The position numbers and the translations under genes are program-made. From Poseidonia sp. (GTDB taxonomy: Archaea > Thermoplasmatota > Poseidoniia > Poseidoniales > Poseidoniaceae), in NCBI GenBank assembly GCA_965661285.1, contig CBFIDD010000003.1:32001-96000 (forward strand): a stretch of 64,000 bases of DNA, given 5' to 3'. Below are positions 51,501 through 60,605 of the stretch, piece after piece. The notes below the pieces were generated by a model. That model worked only from the letters and a program-made list of their open reading frames with translations, was not told where the DNA came from and did not search any database. Numbering within the stretch: position 1 is the stretch's first letter; each line of letters starts with the position of its first letter.

Positions 51501-52737
51501 TGCCCGTTGACGACCAAGGCGTTGACCAGTCACTGTTGATGTCGGTCGGCTGAGCACGACAAAAGGCGCCGCCGGTGCACACCGGATTGAGATCAAGGTT
51601 CGGATAGCCGTAAATTCCCTGGTCGGAATCAAGGGTCGCTGCGATACTGAAGTTCGCAAAGGCTTCGTTCATGGTCCTTCCAAGAAGGCCGACCTGCCCG
51701 CTTTGAGGCGAGAGAAGCAGGTTCTCAACGCCTCGACCACCCGTGGCCGAATCCTGGACGAGTTGCCGAACTGCAGGGCCTCCACCGAGATGTTCAGCGA
51801 GGTACATGGTGAACATGTAGCCTGCCCCGTAATCGGCGATGCGCTGGTTCCACCAGCGCACCGATTGTTCCGGTGCTCCGGTCCATGCATTGACGTGCCC
51901 CGTCAAGGTGGAATCTGCGCCGAAGCAGAGGTAAATGGCAACGTCAGCATTTCCCTCATCGATCCACAGATTCTCATAAGGGTCCAAGGCGTTGTGCAGA
52001 AGGTGTTCCAACTCGTGTGCCAAGATTGAGCGACCCCAAGAGAGCGTGATGTCGGCGTAGTCAACGAAGACCGCTTCTCGGGAGGACGAAAAGGAAGGGG
52101 CAAAGTAGCCACCCGTGTTGTATGCGCCGTCGATGTCGTAGATCACGATTTGAACCTGGCAGTTGTTGTCAATGTCGGGGGGAGCAAGTCCTCGTCCGTC
52201 TTGGTAGTCCTTTCCGTAGTACGTGGTCATCGTGGGGTAAATGGTGGAGTCCCACGTGCTTGCGAGGTTGTTGAGCACCGTTGAAGAGAGCGTTCGCCCG
52301 CTTTGGACGATGAAGGCAACCGTGTTGGTCGTTTTGGCGACGTAAGCCGAAATTGAACCGCCCGAAATGGGGACGGTCAAGGTGTCGCCGACCGAGTGGG
52401 GCGTGCATGCGCGCCCCGAGGAGCGAGCCAGAGACGGTTCAACCACCATGTCGTCAACACCAGGTCGGCCGGCGTCAATCCATGCTTGTCGCATGAATTG
52501 TGTGGCGGAAACAACCGGCTCTTCCTCGTGAATAAACAAATACTCACTCCCATCACCAGGGTTGAATTCATCAAGATCTCCAATGATGGTACCCCCTGCA
52601 TTGTAGGCGGGAGCGGAACCCGCTTCTTCACCCGATGTTGCTGCAACGGAAAGCAACAACGGGGCGGTGCTCGAGAAGAGCATCAAGAGCATGAAAAGAA
52701 TGGCTGGACTGGTGCGTCGTTCCGACATAAAAACCAC
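48523..52737 (-). CDS. large cell-surface zinc metallopeptidase (M30/M6-like) with multiple PKD domains
   Basis: Signal peptide; GGYF, LAHELEHL..H, WIDEGNA; repeated W.FGD/WDFGD...H.Y..PG.Y.V.L.V.D PKD motifs; C-terminal TM. Confidence 0.85.
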   Translation of the reverse strand: MVFMSERRTSPAILFMLLMLFSSTAPLLLSVAATSGEEAGSAPAYNAGGTIIGDLDEFNPGDGSEYLFIHEEEPVVSATQFMRQAWIDAGRPGVDDMVVEPSLARSSGRACTPHSVGDTLTVPISGGSISAYVAKTTNTVAFIVQSGRTLSSTVLNNLASTWDSTIYPTMTTYYGKDYQDGRGLAPPDIDNNCQVQIVIYDIDGAYNTGGYFAPSFSSSREAVFVDYADITLSWGRSILAHELEHLLHNALDPYENLWIDEGNADVAIYLCFGADSTLTGHVNAWTGAPEQSVRWWNQRIADYGAGYMFTMYLAEHLGGGPAVRQLVQDSATGGRGVENLLLSPQSGQVGLLGRTMNEAFANFSIAATLDSDQGIYGYPNLDLNPVCTGGAFCRAQPTDINSDWSTPWSSTGNTLEGWGMRSFKFTPGSASPAPLTLRLTADKSQFDGVIVTKAISDGLWSVTDLNFANNVATGLVPGFGNLTDEVWVITWYASTVADCDYTSCGPSYPEGTVDIEAARITSPATLSLNNTVLSDRDGDGMEDTVAINYGVLSNAFFEDLDVEIKVRDSSGELVDTITDRVAAGGGVSVDGQVYFTAPLGDQYAFEMVMKDMLGEIVDTLQTSPQMLNNMKPVANGSVSLSDVQTWENIQFQGAGFDAWGLSLSNNSLPYLDSPTAYAWVFGDNASSNLKSPLRPYTEVGAYNATLRVQDRGGTWSETQIHPINVSDITEPLPVITVNNVVIEDNISLLTGQRILFSAGRTVDNVPTEYLNFQWNWGDGTSSGGQGAYAEQHEWNDINGESAVFNLSLTVSDGINAGVKTIQVTINNRVPIQVYSETMTTMTYTSLVLPDVFVDDDGEILTHAWSFPDGVRVGTGTPTRNDDFSAITSSAVNPIVAWDVPGNKTVSLTVTDDDGSQATAVLTVVVLNQMPVATFDVRTLSATGSREIDFRQEDGEVDTAYVFDGLDSMDPDGTVGDSTDIEVWNWTFSDGTFGDRPQATHTFTTPGVHTVTLIVTDKDGMESFPRTMTVRISNPLPIIQVRILDGYLDGEPITTSSVFPDGSVPDGWSHTFTEDGAVVTAPQRMLYFDSAGTRDGDRQFEGKYVPFEIESPDWNGLVQYTWDFGDATPLVHEATPWHAYTLPGTYEVSLTVRDGFGTGDVSRETFTVIVDHPPEAREIYVPENIYVGSSISFDADVFDEEAGKEMDIYRDLDVDDGSITERDERISTDYSVRWDFDIETDADEDGNPANDWLYPVAGSSVRTINTWEVTGFYTVLVEVCDGMGQCDTLTADVEVVPEPEGPPSLSDFSAEEWKSWLADAGSELATFIALIVVALVLGWLVMREPSSVEEDAKEAAETYTDIEHVETQGGLLGMDHHMPPPAPKILSKEERRSDGSGYVRPLRRR

Positions 52738-52815
52738 TGAACAGAATCGTAGGACTGATTCCCAAGTCTACGAGATGAAAGGAGGTATTTAAGAGTCCGT
52801 GGTTGAGGCGTCATC

Positions 52816-54009
52816 ATGCATCAAGCAATCGGGTCGAAAAGCACCCGCTTCGCAGCCGTTCTCACGGTCGTCGTGTTGATGTGCGCAACCACGGTGGTTC
52901 AAGGAACGCCCTCATCCGGAAGTGGCTATCATCAAGCCGATCGTTGCGCCGCCATCGAAAACCTGCAATTTGACGGCGACGCCGCCAACGCCTCGGTTCA
53001 ATGGCAAGTTGACCTTGGCCCTCGCCTCCCAGGAAGCGACGTTTCTGAGACGTTCCGAGACACCATCACCACCAACCTGACGGCTTTGGGATACGAAGTT
53101 ACCCAAAAAGAGCATCAACGCTACGACATGAACTTGACCAACCTGTTTGCGACCTGGAGCCCCGAGGGCGACTCCATGGGGCAACTCGTTCTCTCCGCCC
53201 ACTACGACTCAAGGAACATTGCCGACCAAGACACCAACGAAAGCAACCGTACGCTCCCTGTTCCGGGAGCAAACGACGCCGCCAGTGGCGTCGCCGTGTT
53301 GCTTGAACTTGCCAAACACATTCCTTCGATGGGTCTGAACCACGATGTGGTTCTGTTCTTCAACGATGCAGAGGACCAAGACCAAGCTTACACGCTCGGT
53401 GCTGAAGCATGGGCAGAGAATTTGACAGCAGAGGAGATTGCCTCCACACACGCCTTTGTCCTTTTGGACATGGTCGGCGACGCTGACCTGCAGCTGCACA
53501 ACGTGCTGCCTGGAAACGACTCGCTCAAAGGACGGGTGGTCGAACTCGCAGGCGACCTCGGCATGGTGAACGGAACGACCGGTTGCGATGGTGAGGCAGG
53601 ACAAGACATCCTCCAATACGACACCCTTGTCGGGGTGCTGGACGACCATGTTCACGCCCACGAGCTCGGTATCCCGAGCATCGACATCATGGACACGTCG
53701 TACGGGGAGCCCAAACCCTACACTTTCGGGAGTTACTGGCATACGATGGCAGACACGCCCGACAAAGTGAGCGCAGAATCTCTGAGCGCCGTTGGGAGAT
53801 TGGTCGAACTCGGACTGCGAACCCATGCTTTTGTTGACATCGCACAAGACAACAACAGCGAGGAGGAAACACCGAGGGATCCCACACCGGAAGAGGCCGA
53901 TGATGAGGACGAACAACAGGGGTCGAAGACCCTTGCCTTGCTTGCAGCATTGGGCCTCATTGCCATCCTCGGACTGATCTTCATGGTTGAATGGAAGGGA
54001 AAACCCTGA
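52816..54009 (+). CDS. M28-family peptidase / glutaminyl cyclase-like, membrane anchored
   Basis: GPR.PGS, SAHYDSR, GANDAASG, DAED, LLDMVG, DDH, YWHT..DT; C-terminal TM. Confidence 0.88.
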   Translation: MHQAIGSKSTRFAAVLTVVVLMCATTVVQGTPSSGSGYHQADRCAAIENLQFDGDAANASVQWQVDLGPRLPGSDVSETFRDTITTNLTALGYEVTQKEHQRYDMNLTNLFATWSPEGDSMGQLVLSAHYDSRNIADQDTNESNRTLPVPGANDAASGVAVLLELAKHIPSMGLNHDVVLFFNDAEDQDQAYTLGAEAWAENLTAEEIASTHAFVLLDMVGDADLQLHNVLPGNDSLKGRVVELAGDLGMVNGTTGCDGEAGQDILQYDTLVGVLDDHVHAHELGIPSIDIMDTSYGEPKPYTFGSYWHTMADTPDKVSAESLSAVGRLVELGLRTHAFVDIAQDNNSEEETPRDPTPEEADDEDEQQGSKTLALLAALGLIAILGLIFMVEWKGKP

Positions 54010-54078
54010 TGAGGGTACGCGGTTGTTGAGCAAAGAGGTATTATCCGCGCACGCCGTCGCCGCAACAGGAGGGCACCC

Positions 54079-54924
54079 ATGGAAACCGATCGTGAACAGC
54101 GTATGGAAGCCCTACGAGCACGGGTCAAAGCCAAAAAAGAGGCTGCGCTGGTGGGCGAGCCAGAACAAGAACTCGTGGTGAGCACCGCCGACATCGAAAA
54201 CCCGAGATCCGAGGCCGAGGACGAGTGGTACGCCATGATCGACCGGGACGCAGACCGGTGGCGAAACCTTGCAGCAGCCCTCATTTTCATCGGCAGTATT
54301 CTGGGCATGATGAGCGGCGCATTGATTCTACAAGGCAACCCGTCTGAACTGCTCAACACCTCGTTTTTCGCGGAAAGCGACACCGTGGACATCTCCGGTA
54401 CAGCGCTCGAAGATGTTGAAGGGAACGGCGTTGAAAACGTCTCGGTGGAACTGCTGGATGCCGATTCAAAAGCGGTGCTTCAGTCCACCAGCACGGACAC
54501 CTTTGGCTACTTTTCAATGACGAATGTGCAACAAGAACTTCACATCATCGTCTTCTCAAAAGAGGGCTACACAACGGTGGAGAGGACGTTTGTCCCCGAC
54601 AATGTTGGCCTTGACCCCGTGACCATGAAACCGGGCAACGGCACGCGAGAAGAGAGCGATGAACAATCCATTTCTGGCTGGACGTTGGACAACGCTGTTG
54701 GTTTGTCAACCGCCATTGGGCTGTTGACGATGATCACGGCGCTGCTCGGGGTGCAGTCCGCGGTTGAAATTCGTAGAGGAAAGCACTACCGCCGAAGCCA
54801 GTACCTTGCAACGGGAGCCCTCTTCAGTCGTGGTCTCATCATCGTTGGACCAGCGTTGATTCTCTTTGGTATGATCGTCAACCTCTTTGCCAAAGAGGAC
54901 TTTGAAGACCAGAGAGAGGATTGA
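54079..54924 (+). CDS. membrane protein with carboxypeptidase-regulatory-like (transthyretin-like) domain
   Basis: ISGTALED..GNGVENVSV...TSTDTFGYFSM.NV..SKEGY, lying between TM helices. Confidence 0.75.
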   Translation: METDREQRMEALRARVKAKKEAALVGEPEQELVVSTADIENPRSEAEDEWYAMIDRDADRWRNLAAALIFIGSILGMMSGALILQGNPSELLNTSFFAESDTVDISGTALEDVEGNGVENVSVELLDADSKAVLQSTSTDTFGYFSMTNVQQELHIIVFSKEGYTTVERTFVPDNVGLDPVTMKPGNGTREESDEQSISGWTLDNAVGLSTAIGLLTMITALLGVQSAVEIRRGKHYRRSQYLATGALFSRGLIIVGPALILFGMIVNLFAKEDFEDQRED

Positions 54925-54926
54925 GC

Positions 54927-56294
54927 ATGTACTTGATTTCTGTCGAGGGGGGTGACGGGTCAGGAAAGGGCGAAGCAGCCCGAATCCTGGGCGAGTTGCT
55001 CGGTGAGTTTCCGTTTCCCGAGGTCATCATGACCCACGAGCCCCGGCGACACAGCGAATTGGGAAAATTGGCCCTTCAGTCTGTTAAACTCGGAAATAAA
55101 ACCCCCCTCGAAGAGGCGGGGTTGTTTGCTGCTGACAGGCTTGACCACTCCCACACGTTCATTCGGCCCCACCTCGCCAAAGGAGCCGTGGTGATTTCAG
55201 ACAGAAACATCCACTCCTCACTCATCTACCAGGGCGTTGTTGGTGATATGGGGCTGGAGAAGGTCGCCAGCATGAACGCAGCAGCCATGATTCCCGACCT
55301 CGTCTTCTGGATTGATTGCGACCCAAAAAAAGCCATGAAGCGAATCAAATCCGGCACCTTGCGGATGACCAGCCAAAAGCAAGAATATTTCGAAACACAA
55401 GAAATTCAAACCACCATTCGCCAGGGCTTCCACGACTTGTTCGGAGCGTCGGGCACGGTCCCACCGCCCTTCAACCAGTGTCACGTTGTTGGACCCATCA
55501 TGAACGAGGGCGGGCTGGATGAATTGAAGACGAAACTTCGTGCAGAACTTCGACGGTTCTTCAACAAAAAGCAGCTCCCAATTAACGTTGACAGGGACGA
55601 GGTTGACCGCAATTTACTCAACGCCTTGGTCCACGATGTCAAAAAACAACGCCGGCTTCCCGGAGCGCCACAGGAAAAGACAGCGATTCACATCGGCTGG
55701 TTGGGCGGAAAGTCCCCCGCTCAGTGGATGACGGAAGCCGAAGAAAACTGGCCGGCTTCTTCAGCACGGGACCACGATGTTCCCGCCTCACCGCTCGCTC
55801 ACTCGTGCTGGTCTGTTCTTGGAACACTCTCGCTCATGGTCGGGTCAAGCGAAGTGCCGCGCCTCCATTCAGCACTGGGGCCCGTTCGTATGGTGACCCA
55901 ACGTCATACGCAGCGCCTCATCAAGTGGCTGCTCGCTGAACACTGGGTGCATAAACAACAAAATCACACCCCGTTCAGCGATGCCCAACTCTTCAAACTC
56001 CGAGAAGAACGGGTCGGATTCGCTCGGCTCACCCTCGCCATGTGGCCACTGCGAACACAACTGGCATCCTGGCGGCGGGCCAACAAAGACAAAGCATGGA
56101 CGGAAGCCTTGGAAGACCTGTTTCACGTCGAGGAAGGGCGAAGTCTTTCAGCAGCGTTGACCAAAGCCGTTCACGATATCAACCAGCGCCTCACGATTCT
56201 CACCAGCGGCCACGAGGGTTGCCCTTTACCCGAAACTGCACGGGAACTGTGCGCATGGTGGGCGCTTCAGCCTCCAAATCATTCCGTTTCCTGA
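54927..56294 (+). CDS. tmk: thymidylate kinase with long C-terminal extension
   Basis: ISVEGGDGSGK, THEP, LFAADR..H, VISDR..SSL.YQG, PDL; about 240 extra C-terminal residues. Confidence 0.85.
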   Translation: MYLISVEGGDGSGKGEAARILGELLGEFPFPEVIMTHEPRRHSELGKLALQSVKLGNKTPLEEAGLFAADRLDHSHTFIRPHLAKGAVVISDRNIHSSLIYQGVVGDMGLEKVASMNAAAMIPDLVFWIDCDPKKAMKRIKSGTLRMTSQKQEYFETQEIQTTIRQGFHDLFGASGTVPPPFNQCHVVGPIMNEGGLDELKTKLRAELRRFFNKKQLPINVDRDEVDRNLLNALVHDVKKQRRLPGAPQEKTAIHIGWLGGKSPAQWMTEAEENWPASSARDHDVPASPLAHSCWSVLGTLSLMVGSSEVPRLHSALGPVRMVTQRHTQRLIKWLLAEHWVHKQQNHTPFSDAQLFKLREERVGFARLTLAMWPLRTQLASWRRANKDKAWTEALEDLFHVEEGRSLSAALTKAVHDINQRLTILTSGHEGCPLPETARELCAWWALQPPNHSVS

Positions 56295-57049
56295 TCGGTG
56301 GTGCGAACCAAGGTAAACGACGCATTTCCGGGCAAAAGAACCTGCCCAGCACCCACGAAGGCTTCGGCTCGTGCAGAGAACATGGCGCACATCAAGATAC
56401 CAAGACCAAGACCGAAGGGGATGCCCGTCAACACTCGCTTGATGTTGGTGGATTCGTAAGCGGTCAGCAGTTGGAGAAAGCCGTCGAAAATAAGCGGAAG
56501 ACACAACAGCATGCCGCATGCCAACCAGAGCAACGTCCGTCGGTTATTGGCATACACGCCATCCAACATCCTCTCAGGCAGCAACGACAGGCAGGTATCG
56601 CGAACAGTCCAACGGTTCCAACCTCGCCTCGTGAAGACCACACCGCCCAAAAAGAGACCGAAGAAAATCCCGACATCACGGGTGCAGACAGGAAGTTGGT
56701 TGTTGTTTACTTCCCAGGAACGTTCGTGTTTTTGATGACAGTTGACGTCACCGAACGCGTAGATGAAGGCGGCATAGGGATTCACCTCGTTCCAAGAAAA
56801 TACAGCGTGGGTGTGATTGCCTTCGCCATCGTGTTCATGGGGGAAGTTGTTTTGATTCCCATTCGAGCCGAAACCCTCCTCATCTCGAAAATCAACGGCG
56901 TTTGCTCGACCCTCCATCGGCCCGACGGTCCCGGCTTCGAGGGTCAATGGAGCAAGAAAAAAGGAGATGAGGAAAAAAGCAGAGACGCCCAACACCCATT
57001 TGCCAACCTTGGACTCCCGATTTCGGTCGAGAAGGCCGTTGCGCTCCAT
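56279..57049 (-). CDS. DUF2085-family membrane protein
   Basis: CHQK.ERS, PVCTRDVGI, DGFLQ..YESTN..R.LTG; several TMs. Confidence 0.85.
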   Translation of the reverse strand: MERNGLLDRNRESKVGKWVLGVSAFFLISFFLAPLTLEAGTVGPMEGRANAVDFRDEEGFGSNGNQNNFPHEHDGEGNHTHAVFSWNEVNPYAAFIYAFGDVNCHQKHERSWEVNNNQLPVCTRDVGIFFGLFLGGVVFTRRGWNRWTVRDTCLSLLPERMLDGVYANNRRTLLWLACGMLLCLPLIFDGFLQLLTAYESTNIKRVLTGIPFGLGLGILMCAMFSARAEAFVGAGQVLLPGNASFTLVRTTDQETE

Positions 57050-57131
57050 GATGCAAACACTTCTCCAAACCTTTTGATTCTTTTTATGGCCAACCAAGCC
57101 TTCAATGCCTCAAGCCGTCTGAAGCACCATC

Positions 57132-57764
57132 ATGGCCGACGATGAGCGCCCTCGCATCGGCCTCAAAACCGGTTTTCAAGCCGGGGCGTTCATCGGCCTC
57201 TTCCTCGGCTTTTCACTGGCGGTCGTCTCGGCGTTAACGCAACCGGACGAATTGAGCCAGCTGGTCCAGTTGATGTGCATCACGCCCGTAGCATGCGCCA
57301 TGTTGTTGGGACCGTTTCTCGGATGGCGACGAGCACCGCATGTTTCCAACGAAGACCCGATCGAGGCCTTGCGAGCATTGCTCAAACCTTTCAACGAAGG
57401 ACAAGGGAAATGGCGCGTGCTCAGTCATGTTCGCAGCGACGGACGAACCGTGCGCATTGACTTGCACAACTCCACCCAACCGTTGACCATCGTGGCCGCC
57501 ACCCTGGACCTGACCGAGGAGCACCCCATTCGCTACATCGTCGGCAGGGGTGAGTCGAGGAGCAGAGAGCCGGAACTTCGAGGAAGCGTCCTTGCCTATA
57601 TCGAACAGCACGTCGCCCTAAACCGTCGCCGCCGAACCGCCTCGAGCATCGAGGTGCTCCCTCCTTCCATCATCGAGCATATGGAAGCCACCCATCGCAT
57701 GCACCGTCGCTTGTTCTATCTCCTGCCCATCATCCTGTTCTTCGCTTGGCTCGAGATGCGATGA
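57132..57764 (+). CDS. membrane protein with Smr-like domain
   Basis: Two N-terminal TMs; IDLHN...RYIVGRG.SRS..LR.SVL resembles the Smr pattern (DLHG..I.GxG..S..LK..V); C-terminal hydrophobic tail. Confidence 0.6.
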   Translation: MADDERPRIGLKTGFQAGAFIGLFLGFSLAVVSALTQPDELSQLVQLMCITPVACAMLLGPFLGWRRAPHVSNEDPIEALRALLKPFNEGQGKWRVLSHVRSDGRTVRIDLHNSTQPLTIVAATLDLTEEHPIRYIVGRGESRSREPELRGSVLAYIEQHVALNRRRRTASSIEVLPPSIIEHMEATHRMHRRLFYLLPIILFFAWLEMR

Positions 57765-57807
57765 AGCCAACGCAACAGGCTATGAGGGAGGGAAGCGTCC
57801 CAGCATC

Positions 57808-58800
57808 ATGGCCAACGACGTCGGGCGAGCCATGGCCCGCCTCAAACACCGGGACATCCGTACGCGCCGGAGAGCCGTACGGACCCTGTTTGAACAGGAT
57901 GACCCAAGCGTTCTCGACGCCTTCAAGCCCCTGCTTGACGATGAGGACAGTTGGTTTGTGTCCAAAGCGCTTGATGCCTACAGAATGTGGGCCGTGCACG
58001 CAGGCCAGGACGCTGCAGCCACGTTGCTTGAGCATCGCTCGCTTGAGGTACGAAGAGCTGGCGCAAATCTGCTCTCACCGTTGGGCGAAGCCGGCAAATC
58101 ACTTGCCCTTGAAGCGCTCAACGACGATGATGGTGTCGTGCAAAAAAAGGCTGCTCGTGCCTTGTTGTTGTTCGATGATGGGGAGATTGCACAACGGTTG
58201 ATGACCCACACGAACGATGCTGTACGCCTGATTGGTGTCAAGCACCCCGGGCTTGGAAAGGCACAACTGAAAACGGCATTGAAGGACCCTCACGAAGGCA
58301 TCCGCTCCGCCGCTCTTGGTGTGGTGCTCCAAACCAACCTTGAGGTTGAACTGGAAACCATGGTCCCTTTTCTCAAAGCCAACCTCGAAACGGTTGCTAT
58401 CCTCGCATGGGTGGCACAGCACGCACCCAAACGCCTTGCCGAATTTACGCCTTATCTTCAACGTCAACACCTCAAATCCTTGAGCGATCATCTCCGTCAA
58501 CACGTCAAAAGCAGCGATGACGCATTTCTGTCCAGTCTCCTGGAATCGGGCATGCTTGAGCCGGTGGCTCGTTGGGTGCTTCGCCAGGGTGCATCCGAGG
58601 ACCCCCTCCGCTGGAAACTCATCAACGACGGCCGTTTGGACATCATTGAACGCTCGAAATTGCTTGAACGCCTCATTGGTCGGGCCCATGAACCACAGAT
58701 CATCGAACAGGCCAATGCCTTGCTGGCATCAACCGAGGAAGAACTCCTGAAGGTGGCGTGCGAGAACCTATCAACCGCCGCATCCGAAGTTTCATCATGA
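57808..58800 (+). CDS. HEAT-repeat protein
   Basis: Repeated LL.D.D..VR..A..AL units. Confidence 0.8.
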   Translation: MANDVGRAMARLKHRDIRTRRRAVRTLFEQDDPSVLDAFKPLLDDEDSWFVSKALDAYRMWAVHAGQDAAATLLEHRSLEVRRAGANLLSPLGEAGKSLALEALNDDDGVVQKKAARALLLFDDGEIAQRLMTHTNDAVRLIGVKHPGLGKAQLKTALKDPHEGIRSAALGVVLQTNLEVELETMVPFLKANLETVAILAWVAQHAPKRLAEFTPYLQRQHLKSLSDHLRQHVKSSDDAFLSSLLESGMLEPVARWVLRQGASEDPLRWKLINDGRLDIIERSKLLERLIGRAHEPQIIEQANALLASTEEELLKVACENLSTAASEVSS

Positions 58801-60605
58801 GCGAGCAAGCCTCAGGACTCTGCTTCTTTGCCGACGCGACGTTAGGCACCAAACACCACCTACAAGCGGGCTTGCGCCTTGAAGGGCCGTTCACGTCCAA
58901 CAGGCTCGTTTTCCGCTTCCCACGGTGGGTACCCGGCTCTTACTTTCTCAGAGAACCCATCCAGCACATGTTCGACTTCGAGGCAACCGACGAGCAAGGA
59001 CGAACGCTGAATTGGAAGCGAGTGGGCGTTGACGGCATCTCCGTATCGCTTCGCAAAGGCAGCAGCACGGTGTCCATCAATTACACCTTGCTGGCCAAGG
59101 AATTGTCGGTGCGCTCCAACCACCTTGATGCCACGCACCTTCACCTGATGCCTCCCTTCACATGGTTTTGGCCAGAACGTGGCATTGAGCAGGAACGCTT
59201 GAACATGGCCCATAGCGTTGAACTTGTGGCGCCAGCATCTTGGACGCCAGCCACGCAATTGACGTTGGTGAAGGAGGCGAAGGATGGACCAAACCGAAGG
59301 TGGTCCTTTACCGCCAGCGACAGGGATATGCTGCTGGACAGCATCATGGAGGTGAACCCCAACAAAGCCATCACCCACGATATTGACGGGCGTACGCACC
59401 ACTTCAAGTGGTGGGACAGTGGAGGCCATCACCCCAACCCCGGCCGGGTTCAATCCTTTGTAGAGGACATGGAAAAAATCGCCAAAGAGCATCACGCCCT
59501 CTTTGGAGTTCCCGATTGGCCCGATTACACGACGGTCTTGCACCTCACGGACACCGGCCGGGGTGGCCTCGAACACATGAATTCGCAAACCTCGATGATG
59601 CCAAGGGCATGTTTATTCCCCGATCATGAAGACGAATACCGCGACCTTATCAGCCTGTTTTCCCACGAGTACCTTCACCAGTGGAACGTGAAGCGGTTGC
59701 GCCCGAAATGCTTCCTTGATTACGACCTTCAGAGCGAGGTTCACACCGACCTCTTGTGGTGGTTTGAAGGTGGAACGTCCTGGTTGGGTGATATGATGTG
59801 CGTGCGCTCCGGTGCATGGTCGGAAAAGGATTGGCGACTTGATTTTGAACGCAAAATGAAACGCCACACTACGGGAAACGGCATGCACCGAGAATCGCTG
59901 GCTGAATCCAGCCATGATGCGTGGATACACCTCTATAGAAGCGGACCCTACACAAGGGAAAGCCAAATCTCCTACTACCTTGAGGGCGAATTGGCCATGT
60001 TGTGCCTTGATGCTGAATTGCGCCGTCGAAACAACAACACCTTCGGGGCCTGCGATTTGATGGTCGAACTTGTTCAACGCTTTTCGATTGACGCCGAAGA
60101 GGCCGAGGAGATCGGCGTGGACTACAACGACATTCGAGCCACCCTCAAGAGCTGCCCAGGCGGTGCATCGATGGGGCCGTTCCTCGACCGCCTCGTTCGC
60201 CAACGCGCGCTTCCCAACGTGCAACGCGCCCTGTCGTCCTTCCGGCTCAAACTCGTGCCCCACGCCAGCGATAAAGAAGGAAAGGCATGGCTGGGCGTGA
60301 ATCTTCGAGAAAGCGCTGGAAGGGTGCTCATCACCACCTACCATGCTGGTTCACCCCTCCGTGAATGCACGCAAGTCGGCGATGAACTGGTGGCTGTTGA
60401 CGGGGTTCGTATCAAATCCTCCAACCACCTCAAGAAACTCATTGGCGGAAGAACCGGCGATACCGTGACCGTGGAAATCGTTCACGAAGGCATCCTTGCC
60501 AACATTGAGATCTCCTTGCCTGCATCACCCCAGCACGGCGTTACGCTCAGCGGGAAGGGGAATGCGAAGTGGCGGGCGTGGATCACAACCCGCCAGGCGA
60601 ACTGA
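58797..60605 (+). CDS. M61 glycyl aminopeptidase family protein with PDZ domain
   Basis: PRWVPGSY, GGLEH, SHEYLHQWNVKRLRP, WWFEGGTS, SYY; C-terminal PDZ (LGV..GSP..GDELVAVDG). Confidence 0.92.
   Translation: MSEQASGLCFFADATLGTKHHLQAGLRLEGPFTSNRLVFRFPRWVPGSYFLREPIQHMFDFEATDEQGRTLNWKRVGVDGISVSLRKGSSTVSINYTLLAKELSVRSNHLDATHLHLMPPFTWFWPERGIEQERLNMAHSVELVAPASWTPATQLTLVKEAKDGPNRRWSFTASDRDMLLDSIMEVNPNKAITHDIDGRTHHFKWWDSGGHHPNPGRVQSFVEDMEKIAKEHHALFGVPDWPDYTTVLHLTDTGRGGLEHMNSQTSMMPRACLFPDHEDEYRDLISLFSHEYLHQWNVKRLRPKCFLDYDLQSEVHTDLLWWFEGGTSWLGDMMCVRSGAWSEKDWRLDFERKMKRHTTGNGMHRESLAESSHDAWIHLYRSGPYTRESQISYYLEGELAMLCLDAELRRRNNNTFGACDLMVELVQRFSIDAEEAEEIGVDYNDIRATLKSCPGGASMGPFLDRLVRQRALPNVQRALSSFRLKLVPHASDKEGKAWLGVNLRESAGRVLITTYHAGSPLRECTQVGDELVAVDGVRIKSSNHLKKLIGGRTGDTVTVEIVHEGILANIEISLPASPQHGVTLSGKGNAKWRAWITTRQAN

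Noticed and set aside
56042-57145. 367-aa plus-strand ORF
   Set aside because: Antisense shadow of the DUF2085 gene.
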